A stretch of 28,386 nucleotides of DNA from Candidatus Thorarchaeota archaeon (GTDB taxonomy: Archaea > Asgardarchaeota > Thorarchaeia > Thorarchaeales > Thorarchaeaceae), in assembly GCA_004524445.1 (NCBI GenBank), contig SDNP01000034.1:1-28386 (forward strand). Direction: 5' to 3'. A program made the position numbers and the translations under genes. Below are positions 16,940-26,449 of the stretch, piece by piece. Numbering within the stretch: the stretch's first letter is position 1; every line of letters starts with the position of its first letter. The notes below the pieces were generated by a model. That model did no database searches. It had not been told where the DNA came from and saw only the letters and a list, made by a program, of their open reading frames with translations.

Positions 16940-19900
16940 GTGAAGTCAAAAGCGATACTGCTCCTAATTATCTGTTCATTGGTGGTTTCGATGATCGGTA
17001 GAACAGAGTCCGTTGATTTCTCGTATGAGGGCTCTGATGGATACAACCCACGAATTGACTCCCTTCTGATTTCTGATTTCCGAACCAGGGAGTCAATGAC
17101 TGCAACAGCTGACGAGAAGATGGTTTCAGCCATATTGCAGTTCGAGGAGGAATTGACGGCACAGCAGGTGCGCTGGGCACAATCCCAAGGAATTGAATTC
17201 GCTAGGCGACAGTCATCTCTCATTCATGTAGGTTCTATCTATTCTGTCTGGGCTCCAACCCTCGCTAGCATTCAACGACTCGATGAAATAGGGATGATGC
17301 GAGCCAGTTCCGGGTCGAGGACGCATTACCCGTCGTTGACAACCTCTGTTCCTGCTATTGGCGCCCCAAATGTTTGGTATAACATGAAGAAGGGTGATGC
17401 ATCAATCAACGGGACTGGAACTAGGATTGCAATTATTGATACTGGTGCATCCTGGCTGCATCCCACATTCTGGCGACCAAATACTGGCGAGCTGAATGTT
17501 CTACAATCGGGTTCAAGGTTCTATGTTGATATCAATTCGAATTCTATCGCTGATGCTGATGAAGGCCCAATCTCAACGGTTCAAGGTCAATTGGGTTCTA
17601 CAATTTCATACCAGCAAGACTACATGTTTATTGACATCAATGATGATGGGACATTCCAATACAATAACGGCGATCGTTGGCTAGGAGGAGTAGACGCGAA
17701 TGGAGACGGCGATATCTCTCTCACGACTGAATCTGTTGTTATACTAGGAGAGTCCAAAATCGCAGTACTCTTTGACCAAGAAAATGATGATGTTTATATT
17801 CGAGGCGTCAATTTGACGCAAGCTACGAACGTAGGCGACCCTTACGGACATGGTACTCACGTTGCATCCACAGCTGCTGGGGGTCAACCAGGAATGACCT
17901 CATTCGTCGGTGCTGCTCCCGGTGCGGATCTGATTATCATAAAAAGTCCTCTCGACTCTGCATCGATTATTGAGGGGATACACTTTGCTGTGGAGAACGA
18001 AGCTGATGTTATTAACATGTCATTCTCAAGCTACTTGGGATTTCTAGATGGTACCGATTTGGAGGATCTCGCAGTATCTCAGGCATTCATAGCCAATGGC
18101 ACGTTATCTACTCTGGCCGCAGGAAATCTGGGCGGAAGATCAAAGCATGCCAATTTCCAATGCGCGTCCGGAGAAACCGCCGGTACAACTCTCTCTGTGA
18201 ATAATCCTCCAGACAATTCTTTCATCAACATATTATGGCAAAGCGACGATGATGACGAGCATGTAATCTTAACCCCACCTGGCGATGCTGACCCGATTGA
18301 TATAGGTGAATTTGGCTCAATAACGGGTTCTGCATATTCTTTGGAGTCAGACAATATCAGCGCATACGTTTTTGCAGACACTAGTACTCGTGGTACTAAT
18401 CGGTTGATAGTACAAGTTTCATCATCTGACCATTTCTGGGATTCTGGCACTTGGTTGGTATCTGTTTCAAATCCTTCCGGTGCTACTGTGACAGTGGATG
18501 CGTATGCGTGGGACACTCAATGGCACTATTCCAACTTGAGATTCACTTCTAGAGTTGATAATCGGCGAACAATCAGTTCGCCTGGGACTGCTGATCTGGG
18601 TATTGCAGTTGGATCATCCAGTAGAACCGGTGAAGGCATCAGTTCGACATCAAGCGAAGGCCCCCGTATTGACGGTTCAGTCAAGCCTGAGGTTGTTGCG
18701 CCCGGCGAAACAATCAATGCTGCAAGAAACAGCTTGTCAAACCTCTGGACGTCGAAGAGTGGTACTAGCATGGCTGCGCCTCATGTGGCTGGTGTTATTG
18801 CACTAATCCGTCAGGCCTCAGAATCTAGGAACGGTTGGATTGACCTGACATCTCTCTACCAAGGAGCAGGTGGTTCTGGAAACCACTATGAATCGCCCTC
18901 GTCTAGCTGGGGCTATGGACTCGTTAACCCCACCTATTCAATTCAACATTTTCTCAACACGAGCCTTGCAGACACCAACTGGGAATATATTGAAACATTC
19001 GCTAGTGACAATGAGGACCCGTCGGTCAACGATTCTCTAGACATTTTGTCTGTAAAGCTCTATCAGAATTCATCAGCGGTTCAACTAAGAGTTGGCTTCG
19101 ACGGAGTAGCCAATTTTACTACTGACTCGGTCTTTACCTTGGAGTGGGACGCGGATTCATCATTGGCAACAGGACCATCGGGAGTTGATGTCTTAGTAAA
19201 TATTTCAGCGGGAGAGGCACATGCCTACCAATGGACTGACTCCTCTTTCGAGCTCGCTCCTTTCGCCCCTGAATTCTTTACAGAATTGAATTATCTTTAC
19301 ATCTCAGTTCTTAGGACACATCCTTCAAACAGGGGTAGGATGAGATTCAGAACATCAAACTCGACTGTTTCAACTCTGGACTCCTTGGACTATAGTGATC
19401 TGGAGAACCAGTGGAGACCCTTATTCCGCTCGATATCATACGAATCTGAAGGGACAGTATTTGATATTCGGGTTGCCGTGTATGACCACGATACTCCGGT
19501 AGGAGAGCTGAGTATTGAAGCCAGCATTGTCGATGGTGGGCTTGATGATTTAACATCTCAAAACAACCAAGCGGATTCTTCACTGAACTGGAACGTAGAT
19601 ATTGGAGAATTTGAGAGCAGTTCATTATTGAGTTTGATTGCCATGGCCAGTGATGAATCAGCAAGTTTGGCGTCACCACCTGTGATGCTCTCTTCAGAAC
19701 TCGGAACAGAAGTTCGTTTTATCATTGCCAACCTTGAAACTGCTCACGTTCGTGTCGGGCCATTCATCTCGGATAGGATCAGTGGTTCTTTAACATTGGA
19801 GGGCCATATGTTTGTAGATGAAGTCACGCTATCGTTTATTCCAAAGTCCGGATTCACTCCCAATGTTACCTTATCAGGAAATCAAGGGCAATATTCCTTT

Positions 19901-20104
19901 GATATTTCAACTGCTGGTTTCTCAGAAGGCGAATACTCAGTTGTTGCTGTGGCCATACTCAGAACTGGAGAAGAAATCTCATATGAGTTCGCGACTTTGC
20001 AGGTTGTAAGTGACTACTCCCTCGCAATCCTTTTGGGGGCGGCGGCAGTGGCTGTAATCGTAATCATCATACTCTATCCCAAAATTGCTGAGCGTATAAG
20101 ATAG
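16940..20104 (+). CDS. Membrane-anchored S8 serine protease (1054 aa)
   Basis: Signal peptide and propeptide, AIIDTG, GHGTHVAS, AAGN, GTSMAAPHVAG, beta-rich C-terminal domains and a C-terminal TM helix with a basic tail. Confidence 0.95.
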   Translation: MKSKAILLLIICSLVVSMIGRTESVDFSYEGSDGYNPRIDSLLISDFRTRESMTATADEKMVSAILQFEEELTAQQVRWAQSQGIEFARRQSSLIHVGSIYSVWAPTLASIQRLDEIGMMRASSGSRTHYPSLTTSVPAIGAPNVWYNMKKGDASINGTGTRIAIIDTGASWLHPTFWRPNTGELNVLQSGSRFYVDINSNSIADADEGPISTVQGQLGSTISYQQDYMFIDINDDGTFQYNNGDRWLGGVDANGDGDISLTTESVVILGESKIAVLFDQENDDVYIRGVNLTQATNVGDPYGHGTHVASTAAGGQPGMTSFVGAAPGADLIIIKSPLDSASIIEGIHFAVENEADVINMSFSSYLGFLDGTDLEDLAVSQAFIANGTLSTLAAGNLGGRSKHANFQCASGETAGTTLSVNNPPDNSFINILWQSDDDDEHVILTPPGDADPIDIGEFGSITGSAYSLESDNISAYVFADTSTRGTNRLIVQVSSSDHFWDSGTWLVSVSNPSGATVTVDAYAWDTQWHYSNLRFTSRVDNRRTISSPGTADLGIAVGSSSRTGEGISSTSSEGPRIDGSVKPEVVAPGETINAARNSLSNLWTSKSGTSMAAPHVAGVIALIRQASESRNGWIDLTSLYQGAGGSGNHYESPSSSWGYGLVNPTYSIQHFLNTSLADTNWEYIETFASDNEDPSVNDSLDILSVKLYQNSSAVQLRVGFDGVANFTTDSVFTLEWDADSSLATGPSGVDVLVNISAGEAHAYQWTDSSFELAPFAPEFFTELNYLYISVLRTHPSNRGRMRFRTSNSTVSTLDSLDYSDLENQWRPLFRSISYESEGTVFDIRVAVYDHDTPVGELSIEASIVDGGLDDLTSQNNQADSSLNWNVDIGEFESSSLLSLIAMASDESASLASPPVMLSSELGTEVRFIIANLETAHVRVGPFISDRISGSLTLEGHMFVDEVTLSFIPKSGFTPNVTLSGNQGQYSFDISTAGFSEGEYSVVAVAILRTGEEISYEFATLQVVSDYSLAILLGAAAVAVIVIIILYPKIAERIR

Positions 20105-20113
20105 GTGTAAAAA

Positions 20114-21397
20114 ATGAAAATTGTAGTTGTTGGTTCTGGGCCTGGCGGGCTTTCAGCAGCATGGGCGGCTAAGTCATTCAACCGGGACGCGGAAGTCATA
20201 ATCATTTCGAAAGATACTGGTGAAGCTCACAAGAAGCCTGGCTCAGCCATGGCTCTCGAATACCCGGAAACTGAAACGCTCAACATACCTGATTGGTCAA
20301 ACGCATCCCTGGAAAAAATGGGTATTAAGGTGCGATCTGGAATAAAGGTCATAGATGCCGATGCCTCATCAAAAACTCTTGAAATAGAGAGTTCTGAATC
20401 TGATATCGATTCAGTATCTTATGAGAAGCTTATCATCGCCACTGGTGGAAAAGCATATGTCCCAGAGATTCCTGGTACTGACTTGGAGGGCGTGTTTACT
20501 ATTCAGAATGTGTCTGACAGCACTGAAATTGGAAAGCAAATGGAAAACTATCAGGATATCGTAGTGGTCGGAGCAGGATTCAGTGGGCTGGAAATCGCTG
20601 AAAAGCTTTTGGAGCTTGACAAGAAGGTTCACCTTATCGTTCGATCTCGCCTCATGAGGCGTCTTTTGGAAAAGAGAATGAGTGACGAATTGGAATCCCG
20701 TCTGCCACGTTCACTTGAGGTCCACAAGGGCAAATCTCCCTCGGCTGTCCTGGGCGATGAGAGAGTAACCGGCCTAGCAATCAATGATACTGAAATCAAG
20801 ACTGATGCGGTCATCTTCATGACTGGAGTGAATCCAAAAGTGAAGCTCGCAAGGAAGCTGGGACTGGAAATTGGCAGCTTGGGCGGAATTGTTGTGGACT
20901 CCAAAATGCGAACATCTGATGAGGATATCTTTGCGGTGGGCGATTGCATAGAGATGGCTGACTTCTATACTGGAAAACCTGTAATGATGCCAATCGGTAG
21001 CGTAGCTGCAAGATGTGGTCGTCAAGCTGGAGTTGTAGCGGTTGGTGGTCAGAAAGTCTATGAAGACACTGACCTACGTTTCCAATATGATCGTATTTTC
21101 AACACCGATATCGTCTGCGTTGGCTATTCATCAGAAATTGCCTCAAGAGTGGGAGTTGAAGTCGACGTTCGTTTTGTCACGCATCCTGCAGAACAAATGG
21201 AGATAGCAGTTGTTACTGCAAAGGATGGACAGGTTCTTGGTGGACAAGTCATTTCCTCGAGACTAGGTGCCAAGATGGGGTATCAAATCCTTCAGCGGAT
21301 GCAAGAGGGAACTACATTAGAGGACAACCCCTTGCTGGATCCATTGCATGACCGCATTCTAGCTTCGATGGAGCACCGGTATGGGGCTATTGGATAG
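20114..21397 (+). CDS. FAD-dependent pyridine nucleotide oxidoreductase (NADH oxidase/CoA-disulfide reductase-like)
   Basis: VVVGSGPGG (FAD), IIATGG, VVGAGFSGLE (NAD(P)) and TSDEDIFAVGDC. An AGGTG RBS overlaps the upstream stop. Confidence 0.92.
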   Translation: MKIVVVGSGPGGLSAAWAAKSFNRDAEVIIISKDTGEAHKKPGSAMALEYPETETLNIPDWSNASLEKMGIKVRSGIKVIDADASSKTLEIESSESDIDSVSYEKLIIATGGKAYVPEIPGTDLEGVFTIQNVSDSTEIGKQMENYQDIVVVGAGFSGLEIAEKLLELDKKVHLIVRSRLMRRLLEKRMSDELESRLPRSLEVHKGKSPSAVLGDERVTGLAINDTEIKTDAVIFMTGVNPKVKLARKLGLEIGSLGGIVVDSKMRTSDEDIFAVGDCIEMADFYTGKPVMMPIGSVAARCGRQAGVVAVGGQKVYEDTDLRFQYDRIFNTDIVCVGYSSEIASRVGVEVDVRFVTHPAEQMEIAVVTAKDGQVLGGQVISSRLGAKMGYQILQRMQEGTTLEDNPLLDPLHDRILASMEHRYGAIG

Positions 21398-24308
21398 ATG
21401 GCCCCTCTTTTTCATCATGTTCCTCCCAGCGAGGTTCCCATTCGCTCTCCATCTTACTCCGAGCCCTCTTGCCAATGCCAAACTTGATTATTGCTACTAT
21501 AGCAATTCCTACTGCAACTACTCCGAGCAGTGCTATAACTACCATCTGAGTTGTCGCAGGATCTACTGTGTCAACTTGAACCAGTATGGTCTTGCTGAAA
21601 ATGCGAACATTCCCACTATCATCTTCCATCCTCACCAGAATATCATAAAACCCTGCAGTTTCAAGTGTGAATTCTGTGACAAATTTATATCCGAGTTGCT
21701 CCACCGGTGCTTTCGTTATGTTTTGCCCACTCGGCGTAGTTATTTTTATTTCTACGGATTTCAAGTCTTCATCAAAGATATATGCAATAACTTCTGAACT
21801 TTCGCCCAACTCTGCTTCAGTAAGCTTCACATCGAAAATACGAGGCGCCTCAGTGAGCACTTGACCTGCTATGTTTCTCAGGAGCACCAAGTTGTCGCTT
21901 CCAGTTCGTATTGCATCATAGCTTATGCTGTCATAGAGTATTGACCCGTCAGAAACTGCAATGACCTTTCCCTTTCCTGGTGTCGCATAGGCCACAATGG
22001 CATGAGTCCGATCGGAATCCGTCCAAAACAGCCCCTCTGCACCTGCGACAGATGAGTCAACACTGAATGTACCACCGTTGAGAATGTAGAGGTTCTCCAC
22101 TCCATCGGTTAGCGGATGGTCTTCTGAAATGCCGCCATAATCTTCTCCATAAACCTCTCCAACAAATATATCATCGCCCTGTCCAATCCAATTATTCTCA
22201 CACTGAATTCCGTAGGGCGCTAATATCTGGTTGTAGGAGGTCTGAGCAAAGGCTGGTCCACCGTTCTGAGTATCGTATCCCTCGGACAATATGAGCAGTA
22301 TTCCACCAGAATCAACATACTCGTGGATTGCATTGATTTCTGCAGCTGAGTACTGCAACTCAGTATCCATAATCATTAGTACTTCTGTTGTTGATAGGGC
22401 ATTGCTGGTTATTGTGGGCATATTGGAGGTTTCCGCCCAATTCTCGGGATATTCAGAAAATACCATTCCGAGGTCACGCAGGTATTTTCGGAAGTATCTA
22501 TAGTAAGAAACATCGTCTGGGTCTTGGGCCGAGTGGTGCGCCATATCCACCATGATACTTCCCCCATAGGTCGTTATTGTTAGATCTAGCTCAAGGCTAG
22601 TAACTATCTCCTCTTCGGAATTCTGGAGATTTAGCTGACCAATGTAGTGACCTATTGCACTCAGGTGTAAATCCTCGGGCACAAACAGATTGATCCCGAA
22701 ATAGGAATATCCCACTCCTACAGAAACAGAATCATCATACGTTACTACGAACTGACTTGCGTTCCCAGATGTAGTGATTTCAAGTGTGCCCTGGTTTGTG
22801 GTTGATATCACAGTGACATTTTGCCCTCTCCGCTCTTCACCGATAATGAAGACACTTGACGTCCCTGGGAGTGTTGGGTATTCGTTGGGAGTCATAAGCG
22901 TGATTTGTCCTGAGGATGCTTCAATCATCTCTGAGGCTTTTGTGACATTAGCAATCCCATATCCTTCAGTCATCGGGTCAGAATTCAAGTCTGTAGAACC
23001 CGCCATTAGGAACGCTTTGATTTCTAGGGCAGTAATTCCAGGGTGCTTATCTATGAGCAAGGCTGCTAAGCCTGCTATCTGAGGACACGAAGCCGAGGTG
23101 CCCGACCAAATGGTGTATGCTGCGGGCCATTGAGTGGAATTGTATCGGGGGTATTCAGCAGGATTCGCCTGATCAGATAGAGCGGAGATTATTTGGTCGC
23201 CTGGTGCAACAAGGTCTGGTTTGGCATAGTATCCGCCTGGTTCTGAAAAGGGGCGATAGACCGGACCACGACTACTGAAGGATATGATACCCGTGTCTCC
23301 ACTGGAGGATCCAACAGCTATTGCCTCATCAACAACAGCAGGGGAGGTAATTGTTATTGGAGCAGGGCCAGAATTTCCCGCGGCGATCGTCACAACTACT
23401 CCAGCATCGACTGCTTCTCTTACGGCCAATATTGATGGTTCAATGATGAACTGGTCGTCATTCCATGCTCCTCCAAGACTCAATGAAATAACGTCTGCAT
23501 CCTGTTCCACTGCAAATTCAATTCCCTCTGCAATAACTGAGTCATCTCCACTCCCAGTTGAATCGAGCGCTTTCACTATTAGTAGGTCGGCACCTGGAGC
23601 CATCCCTTTGTAGTCGCCACCATTACCATCTCCCGTTCCGCTAACTAGCCACGCACAGGCTGTTCCATGTCCGTTATCATCATATGCGTCAATTCCGTCG
23701 GACGGGTCCATGTCATGCTCTTCATCGATCAAATCGTAAAAGCCGACTATCTTCCCTTCCAAATCTGGATGGTCACTCATTACACCACTATCTATGATTG
23801 CGACTTTTGTACCGGTACCATTGTATCCCTGTTCCCAAAGATCATCTGCACCTAGAATCCCATCGGGATGGGTATAGCCTGTACCTGTAGACTGTGCTGA
23901 TTGAAAATCTCCTCGAGGTTGACCTATTGACCTCACTGGATCAATATCTAGAGCTATGACTGCCTCTAATCGCGATAGCATTTCCACAGCATCTGAGTCT
24001 GCATATAGCGAGACCACTGGTATCGTCTTGAATACATTTCTAACAACCATCTCCGGTTCTTGGAGATTCTTAAAAAGATGAACTCTGTCTGCGTAATCAA
24101 ATCCTTGTTCAAATTGAACAAGAACCGGCATCAACTCGTTTGATTCAGATGAAGAAATCATGTCTCTCAGATGCACACCAATTTCAGGGGTTGTAGTCAA
24201 AGCCGCTGAACCTTCTATACTCTGGGTAAGAGGGAGTGGCATCATTAATAGCATAATGAGAATTACCGAGGAAAAACGGAGTCGTTTGGTTCTATCGCTA
24301 TAACCCAT
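21387..24308 (-). CDS. Membrane-anchored S8 protease with a GIFT/DUF4350-like domain (Site-1-protease-like architecture)
   Basis: Likely start is ATG 24308 (MGYSDRTKRLRF plus hydrophobic signal). Motifs: I9-like propeptide, AIIDSG, DDNGHGT, AAGNSG, GTSASCP, an alpha/beta domain at ~21860-22560, a TM helix and a ~28-aa charged tail. Confidence 0.93.
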   Translation of the reverse strand: MGYSDRTKRLRFSSVILIMLLMMPLPLTQSIEGSAALTTTPEIGVHLRDMISSSESNELMPVLVQFEQGFDYADRVHLFKNLQEPEMVVRNVFKTIPVVSLYADSDAVEMLSRLEAVIALDIDPVRSIGQPRGDFQSAQSTGTGYTHPDGILGADDLWEQGYNGTGTKVAIIDSGVMSDHPDLEGKIVGFYDLIDEEHDMDPSDGIDAYDDNGHGTACAWLVSGTGDGNGGDYKGMAPGADLLIVKALDSTGSGDDSVIAEGIEFAVEQDADVISLSLGGAWNDDQFIIEPSILAVREAVDAGVVVTIAAGNSGPAPITITSPAVVDEAIAVGSSSGDTGIISFSSRGPVYRPFSEPGGYYAKPDLVAPGDQIISALSDQANPAEYPRYNSTQWPAAYTIWSGTSASCPQIAGLAALLIDKHPGITALEIKAFLMAGSTDLNSDPMTEGYGIANVTKASEMIEASSGQITLMTPNEYPTLPGTSSVFIIGEERRGQNVTVISTTNQGTLEITTSGNASQFVVTYDDSVSVGVGYSYFGINLFVPEDLHLSAIGHYIGQLNLQNSEEEIVTSLELDLTITTYGGSIMVDMAHHSAQDPDDVSYYRYFRKYLRDLGMVFSEYPENWAETSNMPTITSNALSTTEVLMIMDTELQYSAAEINAIHEYVDSGGILLILSEGYDTQNGGPAFAQTSYNQILAPYGIQCENNWIGQGDDIFVGEVYGEDYGGISEDHPLTDGVENLYILNGGTFSVDSSVAGAEGLFWTDSDRTHAIVAYATPGKGKVIAVSDGSILYDSISYDAIRTGSDNLVLLRNIAGQVLTEAPRIFDVKLTEAELGESSEVIAYIFDEDLKSVEIKITTPSGQNITKAPVEQLGYKFVTEFTLETAGFYDILVRMEDDSGNVRIFSKTILVQVDTVDPATTQMVVIALLGVVAVGIAIVAIIKFGIGKRARSKMESEWEPRWEEHDEKEGPSIQ

Positions 24309-24481
24309 ATCAGTCAAGCCATCCATCCGGCAGAGAATTCCACAGTTAGTTAAGGTTTTTCTTGGAGGCTGATGCACCCACTCATAGAGAGTAGCTCGGT
24401 TACACCGAGAGATGATGCAATAAGCTTTCTTGTTAGTATGACCTTGATTGCAGAGTATATAGCAATCTAGAGGTAGTATAC

Positions 24482-24781
24482 ATGGCAAAAAGCAACCAGA
24501 GATATGAGCGCCGTTTGCAGATTAAGCACTTCTACGATGATCGACAGACTGGAAAGACCAAGCGAACTTGGCTCGAAGTCCAACTGAGCCCACCTGAAAA
24601 GACAGAAGAAGGCTGGGTAAATGACGGACGCGTCAGGCTCTCCTTGGGTGAAGACCGTGACATTAAGGGTGCCTTTCTGCTTTCAGTGGAAGAAGCATCG
24701 CGCTTATACAAAGCATTAGAGCTCATTGTTGAAGCTCATGAGAGTGAAAAAGCGGCCTTATGGAAGGAATGGAACAAGTAG
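24482..24781 (+). CDS. Hypothetical 99-aa protein with a possible PC4/Whirly-like beta-sheet+helix fold
   Basis: GAGGT RBS and ATG start. Several short beta-strand-like segments with Trp/Phe/Arg are followed by LSVEEASRL and a long helix. The fold call is tentative. Confidence 0.75.
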   Translation: MAKSNQRYERRLQIKHFYDDRQTGKTKRTWLEVQLSPPEKTEEGWVNDGRVRLSLGEDRDIKGAFLLSVEEASRLYKALELIVEAHESEKAALWKEWNK

Positions 24782-24904
24782 TTTCGTTCTTTTTCGGTAT
24801 ACAGGGGCTCTCTGGGCTTCGATTTCTTTTTGGGTATTCCTCGCCAGAACAGATATATCAAATGCTACAAACAGATAATACCATCTGTAGAAGGAGGATT
24901 TGAT

Positions 24905-26008
24905 TTGACTTCTCTGAGTCCAGCGATAGAACCCGTAATTCAGGTTGATGTTCCATTCCCTGCCATAGACCTATTGGCAGTGATGCCCTACGTAATCCCT
25001 CTCATTTTTGGGGCAATTATCTTTGCTTTGTATCAGCGGCATCTGATGCGTGAGAGTCTTGAGAGAAACATTATGCTGTTTCTTAGTATTGCTGGATTTG
25101 TTATTGCTGTTCTGTTGGTTCTTTATGCCGGATTTGGTTCCGTGTGGTGGTGGAGAGATGACTTCACTCTAGGGTCTTGGCGGTATCTCATAGGGTATCT
25201 ACAATTTGGAACTGACTTGGTTTTCGGGTCAGTTATCACAGGGGTGGTTTATCTTGTTATTGCTAGTATTGTTTTCGCAGCTATTGCGACCCGCGTGATT
25301 GCTCCCCCCGATCCTGACTTTGTTTCATTACGAGAAGACCTGCAAACCAAGAATCGCTTGACAGAATCTCTAACTGAGAAAGTACAGAAACTTGAAGCAG
25401 AGAATAAGGAGTTGAATGAGTTCTTGACCGAGCGTGAAGAGAATTTGGTCTCTCTTGAGGGAGAACTTGACTCTCTGAAGGAGTCCATCGGTGAGAGAGA
25501 AAAAGAGCTTCAGAAGGCAAAATTGGAACTGGAAAGGGCCGCTGAATCAATAGAGACTACTGAATTGGAGAAGAAAATTACAGAGAAGAACGAACTAATC
25601 AGATCCCTAGAAAATGAAATCAGCAATTTGCGTTCTGCTCTTGAGAAGAAGCCAAGCGAGGAGGGTGCAGCTACTGATGATGAAGAACTAGTCAAGGCAC
25701 TAAGGGATGAAGTTGAAACTCTCAAGAAACGGTTAGAAGACATGAGGCGACGGACCGAAACCGCTAACGAGGTCTCTGATAGCCTGATCTCCGACTTAGC
25801 GGAGCTTATCTCTGACATTGAGAATAGCTCTCTTGATGAATCCACACAGAAATCACTTGTTGCATTGGTCGAGAATCTCGGTAGAGCAATGGGTAGAGTT
25901 TCAACCACCTCTGCAGACTCGAAAGCTGACCAACCTCCGGTTGAACTCATAGGGGCAGTACTGATGATGCATGAAATAATCGATGGTATCAAGAAAATTG
26001 CTCGATAG
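24905..26008 (+). CDS. Membrane protein with about 3 N-terminal TM helices and a long coiled coil
   Basis: A GGAGG RBS precedes TTG 24905 (the track starts at 24830). The hydrophobic N-third is followed by ~150 aa of E/K/L heptads and a helical C-terminal domain. Confidence 0.85.
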   Translation: MTSLSPAIEPVIQVDVPFPAIDLLAVMPYVIPLIFGAIIFALYQRHLMRESLERNIMLFLSIAGFVIAVLLVLYAGFGSVWWWRDDFTLGSWRYLIGYLQFGTDLVFGSVITGVVYLVIASIVFAAIATRVIAPPDPDFVSLREDLQTKNRLTESLTEKVQKLEAENKELNEFLTEREENLVSLEGELDSLKESIGEREKELQKAKLELERAAESIETTELEKKITEKNELIRSLENEISNLRSALEKKPSEEGAATDDEELVKALRDEVETLKKRLEDMRRRTETANEVSDSLISDLAELISDIENSSLDESTQKSLVALVENLGRAMGRVSTTSADSKADQPPVELIGAVLMMHEIIDGIKKIAR

Positions 26009-26237
26009 CGAGATTTGCAGGTATGTTTCAAAATCAACTAGACGCATGCTGCGGCAATGAGCTAGTGCAATGATTTTCTAATTGCCCCAATGAACATTGC
26101 AAGTATGCCCTCAAACCTGATAGCAATCTCCATCAGCTTTTTGAAGATTATAGGGTTCCAAAAATCAGGAAAAGGCCATATAACGGAATTTTGTCATAAA
26201 AATAAGCCCCATAACTCTTTTTACACGCTATTTTAGG

Positions 26238-26251
26238 CACAAGTTTTAATA
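26238..26251 (+). promoter_or_regulatory. Candidate BRE/TATA box upstream of the last S8 gene
   Basis: cacaagttttaata in an AT-rich intergenic region, about 200 nt upstream of ATG 26450. Confidence 0.4.
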
Positions 26252-26449
26252 GTAGGGAATGAAGGGAAGCAAGTAATCACGTATGAAATGTAGAGAACGC
26301 GGAAGAGGAGACGCGCTCATCACATAGCCGGCAACTATTGTTCTCGATGAGTGCGAGAGGTATACTGTGTAGAGGTGCTACTATCTTTTTGGGAGCACCT
26401 TCTGCCAGATGTCGTTTTCTATAATCAAATAGTGAGGAATGAATAAAAA

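Noticed and set aside
24309-24488. Cys-rich N-terminal extension of the 1033-aa ORF
   Set aside because: It precedes the signal peptide and overlaps the divergent gene's start, so it is more plausibly promoter DNA.
26283-26432. Cys-containing frame MKCRERG...*...C...*RC...C...* with in-frame TAGs, as a pyrrolysine-recoded or decayed zinc-finger gene
   Set aside because: It needs two readthroughs, has no intact CxxC pairs, and TAG serves as a normal stop in many genes here. There is not enough support even for a pseudogene call.
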